64,000 nucleotides of DNA, from the NCBI GenBank assembly GCA_017852795.1, contig JAFMKU010000001.1, forward strand, positions 43,127 to 107,126, given 5' to 3'. Below are positions 18,319 to 26,318 of this stretch, in pieces. The notes beneath the pieces were generated by a model. That model was given only the letters and a program-made list of their open reading frames with translations. It made no database searches and had not been told where the DNA came from. The position numbers and the translations under genes are program-made. Source of the DNA: Candidatus Neomicrothrix sp. GTDB lineage: Bacteria; Actinomycetota; Acidimicrobiia; Acidimicrobiales; Aldehydirespiratoraceae. Position 1 is the first letter of the stretch. The number at the start of each line of letters is the position of its first letter.

Positions 18319-20388
18319 ATGTCCGAACAAGGGCCAACCGTCTTTAACGGCAGGTACGAAATTCTCCGTCACATCGCCCGTGGTGGCATGGCCGACGTCT
18401 ATCTGGCCCGCGACGAACTCCTGGGTCGAGAAGTCGCGCTCAAGGTCATGTTCCCCGAGTTCGCCAACGACTCGAACTTTGTGGAGCGATTCCGCCGGGA
18501 GGCGCAGGCCGCGGCGAACCTCAACCACCCCAACATCGTGGGGATCTACGACTGGGGTCAGGAGCGGGGCACCTACTACATCGTGATGGAGCACGTCTCG
18601 GGACGGTCGATGTCAGATGTCCTGCGTAGCACCGGCCCCTTGCATCCTGATCGGGCGGCCGAAATCGCAGCTGACGTGGCCGCGGCACTGTCGGTGGCGC
18701 ACAGCGCAGGGCTCGTACATCGCGACATCAAACTCGGCAACATCCTCGTCTCCGATAGTGGCTCGGTGAAGGTCGCCGATTTCGGTATTGCCACCGCCGC
18801 CGCGTCAACCGGCGACCCGGATCTGACGCAACACGGTTCGGTGATGGGTACGGCAACCTACTTCTCGCCCGAACAAGCTCAGGCCAAGGCGTTAGACGGG
18901 CGTTCTGACCTGTACTCGCTGGGGGTGGCGCTCTACGAGATGCTGGCCGGGGTGCCTCCGTTCCAAGCTGACACGCCGGTAGCGGTGGCCTACAAGCACG
19001 TGCAGGAACGTCCGCTGGGGCTTCGTGAGCGTGGGGTGAACGTCGCTCAATCCCTTGAAGCCATCACCATGAAGTTGCTGGCCAAGAACCCGGTCAACCG
19101 GTACCCGTCTGCCGATGACCTACGCAACGACCTTCGTCGGTACCTTGCCGGAGCGCACCAGCTTCCTGGCGCGGGTGCGGCGGGTGCGGCTGCGGCAACC
19201 GGGGCGACCGGGGCGCAGCCGGCGGCGGGAGCGACCGCGGCCGGGCAACCAACTGCTATGCAGCCCGGAATCGGTGGTGGAGCCGGTGCGGGGGTGCCTC
19301 CGCTGGGGCCCGCTGGTTTCGGTGGAGGACCGGTGCTTCCGGGAGGGGGCTACTACTACGAAGAACCCGAGGCCGAAAGCAGCACTTGGAGGACGGTTTC
19401 GCTCCTCGGCGCGCTCGCGGTCTTGGTTGTCATCCTTGGGTTCTTGTTTGCCGCCTTCGTGAACGCGCTCGGCGGTGGCGACGGAGATCCGTCACCTGAC
19501 TCCGGGGAGTCGTTGGTGGACACTCCAGACCTGCTCGGGATGGATGTGGAGGAGGCGCGCAGCGTCCTGTTGGAAGCGAACCTTTTGTTTGACGTCGAGT
19601 TCGCCGCCAACAACACAGTTCCGGTCAATCAGGTCTTCGCTCAGGATCCACCGTCGGGTCAACGAGTCGATCCGGAAACCGTGGTCAAGCTGACCGTCAG
19701 TTCGGGTACGGCCGACACCGTGCCGAACGTGATCGGCGAAACCCGCGACAGCGCGGTGGCGATCCTGCAAGGGCTTGGCTATCAGGTGACCGAGGTCAGC
19801 GTTTCGAGCCCGCAGGATGCGGGAACGGTAGTGGCTCAGTCGCCAGCATCGGGAGCGGCGTTGGCCACCGATGAAGCCGTGGAAATCTCGGTTTCGAGTG
19901 GTCCCGAGTTGGTGCCTATCCCCGGTGATCTTGAAGGAAGCGAGATCATCTCGGCTCTCAACACGCTCCGAGATCTTGGATTCTCGGTGAGTGCCTCGCA
20001 GATCGAAGAAGCCAGCGAGGAAGTTGAGGCCGGGCGGGTGATCCGCACCGAACCGGCGGCAGGCACTCTGGTGCCAGCCGGGACTCAGGTCAGCCTCGTG
20101 GTCTCCACCGGTCTACCGGTTGTCATCGTGGAGTCGGTGAGAACCCTGCATGTCGATTCGGCGGTCATCATCTTGCGTGATGAGCAGGGGCTTATCGTGC
20201 GAACGGTGCTCCAGGACGTTCCGTTTGGGTCGCCCGATGAGAACCGGGTGTTGAGTCAGACCCCGGTGGCGGGTACCGAAGTGGCGTTGGGCTCTGAGGT
20301 CACCATCACCGTTGGACGGGCTCTGCCGGCGCCGACGACAACTACCACCACGACCACGACCACGACCACGACCACGGTTGCGCCCTAA
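18319..20388 (+). CDS. pknB: Ser/Thr protein kinase PknB with four extracellular PASTA domains
   Basis: ORF 18277..20388; ATG 18319 preferred (MSEQGPTVFNGRYEI). Kinase motifs GGMADVYLA, HRDIKLGN, DFGIA, SPEQA. One TM helix, four PASTA-like repeats and a poly-Thr tail. Confidence 0.92.
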   Translation: MSEQGPTVFNGRYEILRHIARGGMADVYLARDELLGREVALKVMFPEFANDSNFVERFRREAQAAANLNHPNIVGIYDWGQERGTYYIVMEHVSGRSMSDVLRSTGPLHPDRAAEIAADVAAALSVAHSAGLVHRDIKLGNILVSDSGSVKVADFGIATAAASTGDPDLTQHGSVMGTATYFSPEQAQAKALDGRSDLYSLGVALYEMLAGVPPFQADTPVAVAYKHVQERPLGLRERGVNVAQSLEAITMKLLAKNPVNRYPSADDLRNDLRRYLAGAHQLPGAGAAGAAAATGATGAQPAAGATAAGQPTAMQPGIGGGAGAGVPPLGPAGFGGGPVLPGGGYYYEEPEAESSTWRTVSLLGALAVLVVILGFLFAAFVNALGGGDGDPSPDSGESLVDTPDLLGMDVEEARSVLLEANLLFDVEFAANNTVPVNQVFAQDPPSGQRVDPETVVKLTVSSGTADTVPNVIGETRDSAVAILQGLGYQVTEVSVSSPQDAGTVVAQSPASGAALATDEAVEISVSSGPELVPIPGDLEGSEIISALNTLRDLGFSVSASQIEEASEEVEAGRVIRTEPAAGTLVPAGTQVSLVVSTGLPVVIVESVRTLHVDSAVIILRDEQGLIVRTVLQDVPFGSPDENRVLSQTPVAGTEVALGSEVTITVGRALPAPTTTTTTTTTTTTTTVAP
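20347..20376 (+). repeat. (ACCACG)x5 microsatellite encoding part of the pknB poly-Thr C-terminus
   Basis: 14 consecutive Thr codons at 20335-20376. The last ten are a perfect hexanucleotide repeat. Confidence 0.9.
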
Positions 20389-20411
20389 CCACCTGCGTTG
20401 ACTTCGCCGGT

Positions 20412-20438
20412 CTTGTTGGCTTTGTTGGCCTTGTTGGC
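20412..20438. repeat. 9-bp tandem repeat x3 (YTTGTTGGC) in the convergent pknB/trpG gap
   Basis: cttgttggc tttgttggc cttgttggc, followed by tggctggcc. Non-coding, between stop 20388 (+) and stop 20454 (-). Confidence 0.85.
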
Positions 20439-20453
20439 TGGCTGGCCGACTGG

Positions 20454-21044
20454 TCAGAGGTGACGGCAGCGTTCGACAAAGTTGGTGAGCAGAAGATGGC
20501 CAGCGTTGGTCAGCACCGACTCGGGGTGAAACTGCACTCCTTCGATCTCAAGGGTGCGGTGTCGGAGCCCCATGATCAGACCGTCGGGTCCTTCGGCGGT
20601 GATCTCGAGTTCGTCAGGGAGCGAGTCCCGGTCGACAACCAGCGAATGGTACCGGGTGGCCTCCAGCGGGTTGGGTAGGTCGCGGAACACTCCGGTCCCA
20701 ACGTGTTCGATCATGGACGTCTTGCCGTGCATGACCTGAGGGGCCCTGACCACGGAACCACCGAAGTGTTGACCGATGCATTGCATTCCGAGGCAGACCC
20801 CAAAGATCGGGATGGTTCCGCCGAAGGCCGACAACACGTCCATGCTGACGCCCGACTCGTCGGGGTTCCCGGGACCGGGCGAGATCAGGATCCCGTCGGG
20901 GTTCATTTCGGCAATGGCATCGCAGTCGATGGCGTCGTGCCGGAAGACCACCGGTGTCGCCCCGAGTTCACCGAGGTACTGGACCAGGATGTAGACGAAC
21001 GAGTCGTAGTTGTCGATGACCAGAATGGTGGGACTGGCAGTCAC
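20454..21044 (-). CDS. trpG: Glutamine amidotransferase, anthranilate/aminodeoxychorismate synthase component II
   Basis: 196 aa. VIDNYDSFVY, ISPGPG, FGVCLGMQ (catalytic Cys), GVQFHPES. GTGA overlap with the upstream Fe-S gene. Confidence 0.88.
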   Translation of the reverse strand: MTASPTILVIDNYDSFVYILVQYLGELGATPVVFRHDAIDCDAIAEMNPDGILISPGPGNPDESGVSMDVLSAFGGTIPIFGVCLGMQCIGQHFGGSVVRAPQVMHGKTSMIEHVGTGVFRDLPNPLEATRYHSLVVDRDSLPDELEITAEGPDGLIMGLRHRTLEIEGVQFHPESVLTNAGHLLLTNFVERCRHL

Positions 21045-23233
21045 TGCTTGCCGGTCTCGCCGGCCTCAATTGCTTCCAGCACGGTCATGGCGATATCGGC
21101 AACCCGAACTTCGTCTTCTTCTTTGCCCGCAGCCTTCACACCGTCATCCATCATGATGTAACAGAACGGACAAGCGGTTGCGACCCGCGAAGCGCCGGTT
21201 GCGATCAACTCTTTGGCTCGAACGTCGTTGACTTTGTCCCCGACGGTTTCTTCCATCCACATGCGAGCACCACCGGCACCACAACACATTCCCTTGGTGC
21301 CGTTTCGTTCGGCTTCGACAAGCTGAATGCCACCGAGGCTTCCGAGCACCTTGCGGGGCGCCATGTAGACGTCGTTGTGCCGACCGAGATAGCAGCTGTC
21401 GTGGTAGACGACCCGCTCGTCAAGTTCGGCATTGCTGAGGTCGAGCCGTCCCTGATCAACCAGCCATTCAAGGAACTGGCTGTGGTGGACAACCTCGTAG
21501 TGGCCTCCAAGCTGCGGGTACTCGTTGGCCAGCGTGTTGAAGCAGTGGGGGCACTGGGTGACGATCTTCTTGACCCCCATGGCGTTGAGCGTTTCGACGT
21601 TCTGGCTGGCCAGCATCTGGAACAGGTATTCGTTGCCAGAACGACGGGCCGAGTCGCCGGTGCAGTTCTCTGAAGGCCCAAGGATGGCGAACTCGACGCC
21701 GGCCCGCTGCATCAACTTGGCCATGGCCCGGGTCACCTTCTTGTTCTTGTCGTCGAACGATCCGGCACAGCCGACCCAGTAGAGGTATTCCGCTTCGAAG
21801 GGGTCTCCACCGTCGATGACGTTGATCCCGTCGAGGTCTTTGGCCCAGTCGCCTCGTTCGCTCTGGCTCATCGCCCACGGGTTCGCGGAGTTCTCCATGG
21901 CCCGGAACGCCTGGCCCAATTCGGAGGGGAAATCGCTTTCCATCAAGGTGAGGTAGCGCCGCATATCGAGGATCTTGTCGAGGATCTCAATGTTGACCGG
22001 ACAGATTTCGTCGCAGGCTTTACAGGACGTGCAACTCCAGACTTCGTCCTGAGAGATGCGATCGAACATCCAGTTGGCGGGCACGGTGATTTCGTCGTCG
22101 ACGCCGATTGGTGGCGAAACGGCGGGGCTACCGGTTCGGGCCATGACCTCACCGGTCTTGAGCACGATCTCCCGAGGGTCGAGAGGCTTGCCGGTGGCGT
22201 GAGCCGGACACACCGAGGTGCAGCGTCCACACATCGTGCAGGCGTCGGTGTCGAGCAGCTGCTTCCACGTGAAGTCCTCGATGACGCTGGCCCCGAACGT
22301 CTCGAGTTCGGTGGCACCGTTGACCAGATCCGGCATCGGCTTCATCGCACCCTTGGGCCGGTCACGATCCTTGAGATACATGTTCAGCGGTGAGGTCAAC
22401 ATGTGGCGAAGCATGGTGGTGGGCAGGATCACCAGGAAAGCGATGAAGCTCACGACGTGGGCAATCCACCAGAACTGGTGCCAGCCGGCGACGGAACTTC
22501 CCCCGTCCACCAAGGTGGCCAGCGGGTACCCCACGAAGCTCCACTTCTCGAACTCGGGATTGCCTTGTTCGGCGATGCGGAACGCTTCCGCGGCGAACCC
22601 GGTCACCGAGATCGCGAGGAACACACCCAGGATCACCGCGTGTTCGGGTTTTGACTTGATCCGGATGCGGTACGGGCGCCAGCTCCACGGACCGTACCGT
22701 CGAACGATGGCCCAGATAATGCCAATCAGAAAGATCAGCCCGGCCCCATCACCAATGGCTGCGTAGGCCCGGTAGACGTCGCCGTGAAGGAACTTGATGT
22801 CTTCGGGAACCTGATGGTTGATTTCGAGGACGGTAGTGACCCCAAGCAGGATCAAGAACCCGAAGTAGATCATGGAGTGCATGATCCCGGCACCCGGTTC
22901 GCGCATCAGCGTCTGCATGTAGACGCCAGCCCGGAAGTCGGCGCTGCGACGTTTGACGTTGCGTAGCGTGGTCCGCCGGTTGTCGGGTCGGCCACGTTCC
23001 CAGTTCTTTACCCGGTACGAGAACATCCAAGCTCCGTACACGAGGATCACGGGAACCACGGTGTAAAAGGCGAGTTTCACCGCCGGTGGGATGTTGTGAA
23101 AGACCTCTCGCGAGACAGTCGATTCGTCGTGCCAATCGGTGATGAAGGGCAAAACGTACGATCCGAAGGTGAAGAGTGCGATCCCCACCCCCAGAACCCG
23201 AACAAGATGGTGGGGTTTGAGGCGCGTTTTCAT
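21041..23233 (-). CDS. Fused membrane (NarI/DsrM-like) plus 2x[4Fe-4S] plus CCG-domain reductase (HdrD/GlpC/DsrK-like)
   Basis: ORF 21041..23275; ATG 23233 preferred (MKTRLKPHHL). About 5-6 N-terminal TM helices with conserved His; CTMCGRCTSVCP and CTSCKACDEICP ferredoxin motifs; CCG domains (ENCTGDSARR, degenerate; GMCCGAGG, intact). Confidence 0.85.
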   Translation of the reverse strand: MKTRLKPHHLVRVLGVGIALFTFGSYVLPFITDWHDESTVSREVFHNIPPAVKLAFYTVVPVILVYGAWMFSYRVKNWERGRPDNRRTTLRNVKRRSADFRAGVYMQTLMREPGAGIMHSMIYFGFLILLGVTTVLEINHQVPEDIKFLHGDVYRAYAAIGDGAGLIFLIGIIWAIVRRYGPWSWRPYRIRIKSKPEHAVILGVFLAISVTGFAAEAFRIAEQGNPEFEKWSFVGYPLATLVDGGSSVAGWHQFWWIAHVVSFIAFLVILPTTMLRHMLTSPLNMYLKDRDRPKGAMKPMPDLVNGATELETFGASVIEDFTWKQLLDTDACTMCGRCTSVCPAHATGKPLDPREIVLKTGEVMARTGSPAVSPPIGVDDEITVPANWMFDRISQDEVWSCTSCKACDEICPVNIEILDKILDMRRYLTLMESDFPSELGQAFRAMENSANPWAMSQSERGDWAKDLDGINVIDGGDPFEAEYLYWVGCAGSFDDKNKKVTRAMAKLMQRAGVEFAILGPSENCTGDSARRSGNEYLFQMLASQNVETLNAMGVKKIVTQCPHCFNTLANEYPQLGGHYEVVHHSQFLEWLVDQGRLDLSNAELDERVVYHDSCYLGRHNDVYMAPRKVLGSLGGIQLVEAERNGTKGMCCGAGGARMWMEETVGDKVNDVRAKELIATGASRVATACPFCYIMMDDGVKAAGKEEDEVRVADIAMTVLEAIEAGETGKQ

Positions 23234-23362
23234 GGCGGTGCCGAATCTAGTCGGCTTGGGGATTGGGGCGCGCAATCAGGCTCCAACGTTGTTGCCGGCA
23301 AGCCCCTCGAGCGAGGTGTTGCAGCTTCATACAGGCGAAACACTGCGGTAATCCTCGGGTCC

Positions 23363-23377
23363 TACGGTCAGGGCATG
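23363..23377 (+). promoter_or_regulatory. Candidate -10 for a leaderless wHTH regulator transcript
   Basis: TACGGT (23363-23368), 6 nt, then ATG 23375. No SD. Confidence 0.5.
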
Positions 23378-23887
23378 GATGTTCATGTGCTTCGTTGGCC
23401 GGCATCAGAAAACCAGTTGGCTTCGTTGCGGGCCGAGGGAGTTCCTCGGCTTCTGGTGGTTGATGGTGACGTGAGCCCACCGGTGCCGTTCGATGATCTT
23501 GAAGATTGGGTCCGGCTGCCCGCCGACCAGGCCGACGTACGCCTGCGAGCGGACACTCTGGCTCGTCGGGCGCGAGCCCGCCAAGTCCCCGCTTTGACGC
23601 CGGAAGGGCTGTTGCGGTTTCAGGGGCAGGTGGTGACGTTCTCACCGGTTGAGGCAGCGTTGGTTGCCGTCTTGGTCGCCCGTTTCGAGTCGGTGGTGTC
23701 TCGTCGGGATCTGACCCAAGCCGCTTGGCCGGGTTCGGCCCCCGATCGCAATGCCCTTGACGTGCACATCTCTCGGGTTCGTCGCCGTCTTGACACCACC
23801 AACCTGCGAGTCTCGACCGTGCGGGGCCGGGGGTACATGCTCACCGACTCGTCAGATTCCGTTCAGGAACTGGCCGTCAACGAGTAA
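23375..23887 (+). CDS. OmpR/PhoB-type winged-helix transcriptional regulator with truncated, Asp-pocket-less receiver remnant
   Basis: ORF 23096..23887; ATG 23375 preferred. C-terminal Trans_reg_C pattern (FSPVEAALVAVLV..ESVVSRRDL...ALDVHISRVRRRL...VSTVRGRGYML). The N-terminal ~75 aa keep only a PRLLVVD ... EDWVRLPADQADVRLRADTLARRA segment. Confidence 0.75.
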   Translation: MDVHVLRWPASENQLASLRAEGVPRLLVVDGDVSPPVPFDDLEDWVRLPADQADVRLRADTLARRARARQVPALTPEGLLRFQGQVVTFSPVEAALVAVLVARFESVVSRRDLTQAAWPGSAPDRNALDVHISRVRRRLDTTNLRVSTVRGRGYMLTDSSDSVQELAVNE

Positions 23888-23898
23888 CACACCGCGAA

Positions 23899-23946
23899 CC
23901 ATCCGGAAAACACCGGTTCGTAGGTTTCTTTCCATCCGACGAAAGG
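23899..23946 (+). promoter_or_regulatory. Direct repeat CCATCCG(n0-2)GAAA x2 upstream of amt (candidate operator)
   Basis: CCATCCGGAAAAC at 23899 and CCATCCGACGAAAGG at 23932, 33 bp apart, between the wHTH stop and the amt SD (GAAAGGAA). Confidence 0.25.
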
Positions 23947-23954
23947 AACCTGTC

Positions 23955-25319
23955 ATGTTGAGGAAAGTGGTGCGTGCCAGCACGGTCTCGTTACCCGTGA
24001 TGTTGTGGGCGTCTCCGGCGCTAGCCCAAGCAGAGGAACCGGCTGTTGCGTTGCAGGCCGTGGTGGACAACCTCTGGCTGGTGATCGCTGGCGCTTTGGT
24101 CTTTTTGATGCAGGCCGGTTTTGCGTTCGTGGAGGCGGGGCTGACCCGGGCCAAAAACCTCGGAAACATCATGGCGAAGAATCTGGCCGACATGGCGATT
24201 GGTGTGCCGATGTTCTTCATCGTCGGCTGGACCATCGCCTACGGCAGCGATGGCAAATGGTGGGGTGGGCTCAGCGATTTCTTCTTCAAGAACTCCTCGG
24301 ACCCTGCGGTACTCAACGACATCTCCGGGGGTCTCTCGCCAGCGACATCGTTCTTCTTCCAGGTGGTGTTCGCGGCCACTGCGGTCACGATCGCTTCAGG
24401 GGCGATGGCTGAACGCACCAAGTTCACGGCCTATCTGGTGTTCTCGGCGGCGATGACCGGCCTGATCTACCCGGTGGTTGTTCACTGGACGTGGGGTGGC
24501 GGTCTCATCGCGCAGCTTTCGATCGGTGACGCGGTGTACTCCGACTTCGCAGGTTCGACCGTGGTGCATCTCACCGGTGCGGTAGCGGCGCTGGTCGGAG
24601 CGTGGATGCTGGGACCTCGCCTGGGCAAATACGGTGCCGACGGCAAACCACGGGCGATCCCAGGTCACAACATCGGATACGCGGTTATTGGTGTGTTCAT
24701 TTTGTGGTTCGGCTGGTTCGGGTTCAACGCCGGTTCGGAGCTGGCAGCCGACAACCTGGTTCCTTTCCTGGCGCTAAACACGCTGTTGGCAGCCGCAGCA
24801 GGAACGGTGGGGGCTACCAGTCTCATCTGGGTCAAGACCGGCAAAGCCGATGTGGCGATGGCTGGCAACGGCGCGCTGGCTGGTTTGGTGTCAATCACCG
24901 CTCCGGTGGGCGCAGTGGAACCGTGGGCTGCCCTAGTCATTGGTCTTGTGGGTGGCCTGATCGTGGTGCTCTCGGTGCTGTTCTTTGACGCCATCAAGAT
25001 TGACGACCCGGTCGGGGCTATCTCGGTTCATGGGGCCTGTGGCATCTGGGGAACGCTGGCGGTGGGCCTCTTCGCTCGCTACGACGATGCCTTCCTCTTG
25101 CGGGACAACGCCGGCTTGTTCTACGGCGGCGGTTTCGACCAGTTGGCCGTGCAAGCGGTCATGGTGCTGATCGTGGTTGCCTGGGTTGGCGTGGCCAGCG
25201 CAGTGGTCTTCGGTGCGATCAAAGCGACGATCGGACTTCGGGTCAGCGAAGAAGAAGAAGTCCAGGGCCTCGACGTGGCCGAGCATGGCTCGGCCGGATA
25301 CGGGTTTGATGCGCCGTAG
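23955..25319 (+). CDS. amt: Ammonium transporter (Amt family) with N-terminal signal peptide
   Basis: ORF 23751..25319; ATG 23955 preferred (MLRKVV...ALAQAEEP) with an SD 8 nt upstream. LVFLMQAGFAFVEAG, SDFAGSTVVHLTGA, FGWFGFNAGS, ISVHGACGIWG. Confidence 0.92.
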   Translation: MLRKVVRASTVSLPVMLWASPALAQAEEPAVALQAVVDNLWLVIAGALVFLMQAGFAFVEAGLTRAKNLGNIMAKNLADMAIGVPMFFIVGWTIAYGSDGKWWGGLSDFFFKNSSDPAVLNDISGGLSPATSFFFQVVFAATAVTIASGAMAERTKFTAYLVFSAAMTGLIYPVVVHWTWGGGLIAQLSIGDAVYSDFAGSTVVHLTGAVAALVGAWMLGPRLGKYGADGKPRAIPGHNIGYAVIGVFILWFGWFGFNAGSELAADNLVPFLALNTLLAAAAGTVGATSLIWVKTGKADVAMAGNGALAGLVSITAPVGAVEPWAALVIGLVGGLIVVLSVLFFDAIKIDDPVGAISVHGACGIWGTLAVGLFARYDDAFLLRDNAGLFYGGGFDQLAVQAVMVLIVVAWVGVASAVVFGAIKATIGLRVSEEEEVQGLDVAEHGSAGYGFDAP

Positions 25320-25342
25320 CGCACTCCACGATTAACGGCCGA

Positions 25343-26101
25343 TCAGCGGCCGCCCGCCTGTTTGGCCACATCGGCCGCAGCTTGGGCGGCCGCTTTCGGA
25401 TCTAAGGCCCGTTCGAGTGGATGTCGATGGTCGACTGGCCGGAACTGCTCGTCGAGTTCGTAATACAACGGCATGCCGGTCGGGATGTTGAGTTCGGTGA
25501 TGTCGTCGTCGCTGATCCCATCAAGGTGTTTGACGAGGGCCCGAAGCGAGTTGCCGTGCGCAGTGACCAGCACCCGGTTGCCAGCCTGTAGGTCGGGGAT
25601 GATGCGGTCCACCCAGTAGGGGAGCAGGCGGTCGACGACGTCGGCGAGGCATTCGGTGAGGGGGAGTACCTCGGCCGGTAGGTGAGCGTAGGCCGGTGAG
25701 GCGGTGGGGTTGTACGGGTTGTCAGGTGAGATCGGCGGTGGCGGGGTTCGGTACCCGCGACGCCAGGCCTGAAGTTGTTCGTCGCCGTGCAGTTCGCGGG
25801 TTGCCGCTTTGTCCAGACCGGTCAGGTCGCCGTAGTGGCGTTCGTTGAGACGCCAACTTCGTTGCACCGGGATCCACTGCCGGTCGCAGGAGGCGAGCAG
25901 CAGGTTGGCGGTCTCGATGGCCCGTTGCAGGGTGGAGGTGTGCACCAGGTCGGGGAGCAGGTTGGCTTCGGTGAGCATGGTTCCGGCCGCTCGAGCCTCG
26001 GCGCGGCCAACGTCGGTAAGTGGGCAGTCGTACCAGCCGGTGAACAGGTTGCGTTCGTTCCATTCGGAGCGGCCGTGGCGTACGAGAACGAGTTGGTGCA
26101 T
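25343..26101 (-). CDS. gpmA: 2,3-bisphosphoglycerate-dependent phosphoglycerate mutase
   Basis: ORF 25343..26569; ATG 26101 preferred ([23 protein letters not shown]). RLNERHYG and [11 protein letters not shown]. Confidence 0.92.
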   Translation of the reverse strand: MHQLVLVRHGRSEWNERNLFTGWYDCPLTDVGRAEARAAGTMLTEANLLPDLVHTSTLQRAIETANLLLASCDRQWIPVQRSWRLNERHYGDLTGLDKAATRELHGDEQLQAWRRGYRTPPPPISPDNPYNPTASPAYAHLPAEVLPLTECLADVVDRLLPYWVDRIIPDLQAGNRVLVTAHGNSLRALVKHLDGISDDDITELNIPTGMPLYYELDEQFRPVDHRHPLERALDPKAAAQAAADVAKQAGGR

Positions 26102-26113
26102 GACTTCACCGTA
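26099..26113 (-). promoter_or_regulatory. Candidate -10 for a leaderless gpmA transcript
   Basis: Minus strand: TACGGT (26113-26108), 6 nt, then ATG 26101. No SD. Confidence 0.5.
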
Positions 26114-26179
26114 TCGGTCTGCAACGGCCCGATGTGTCCGGAACACGGTTTCTGAGCCATGATGAGAACCGAAAGAAAA

Positions 26180-26222
26180 GTTGCTAATCACGCACTCAAC
26201 TTTTGTGCCTTCTTGGTATCGT
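26180..26222 (+). promoter_or_regulatory. HAIR-like inverted repeat plus extended -10 upstream of dnaK
   Basis: GTTGCTA-atcacgc-ACTCAAC (26180-26200). The right half matches the HAIR half-site ACTCAAG at 6/7; the left half is weaker. TGgTATCGT at 26214-26222. AT-rich patch about 100 nt upstream of the dnaK ATG. Confidence 0.4.
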
Positions 26223-26318
26223 GCTGAGAAGAAACGCGAAATTGCCCTGATCTCCACGGTCTTGGCAACGCGAAGCCCCCGAAATCCCCCAGTGACATCC
26301 CCAGAAGAGGAGAACCCC

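Noticed and set aside
14863-20438. Tandem repeats (18-mer x4, hexamer x5, 9-mer x3) considered as a CRISPR or mobile-element signature.
   Set aside because: The units are contiguous with no spacers, are very short, and two of the three arrays are in-frame coding repeats. No cas genes are present in the window.
23096-23374. Upstream extension of the wHTH regulator ORF, which might have supplied a full receiver domain.
   Set aside because: The extension overlaps the 5' end of the opposite-strand Fe-S gene and shows no receiver motifs (no DD pocket and no phospho-acceptor D). ATG 23375 has TACGGT-N6 in register.
26159-26227. 22-codon ORF ([22 protein letters not shown]) in the AT-rich dnaK upstream region.
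   Set aside because: It coincides with the HAIR-like repeat and the putative -10. The AT-richness is better explained by promoter or operator function, and there is no SD.
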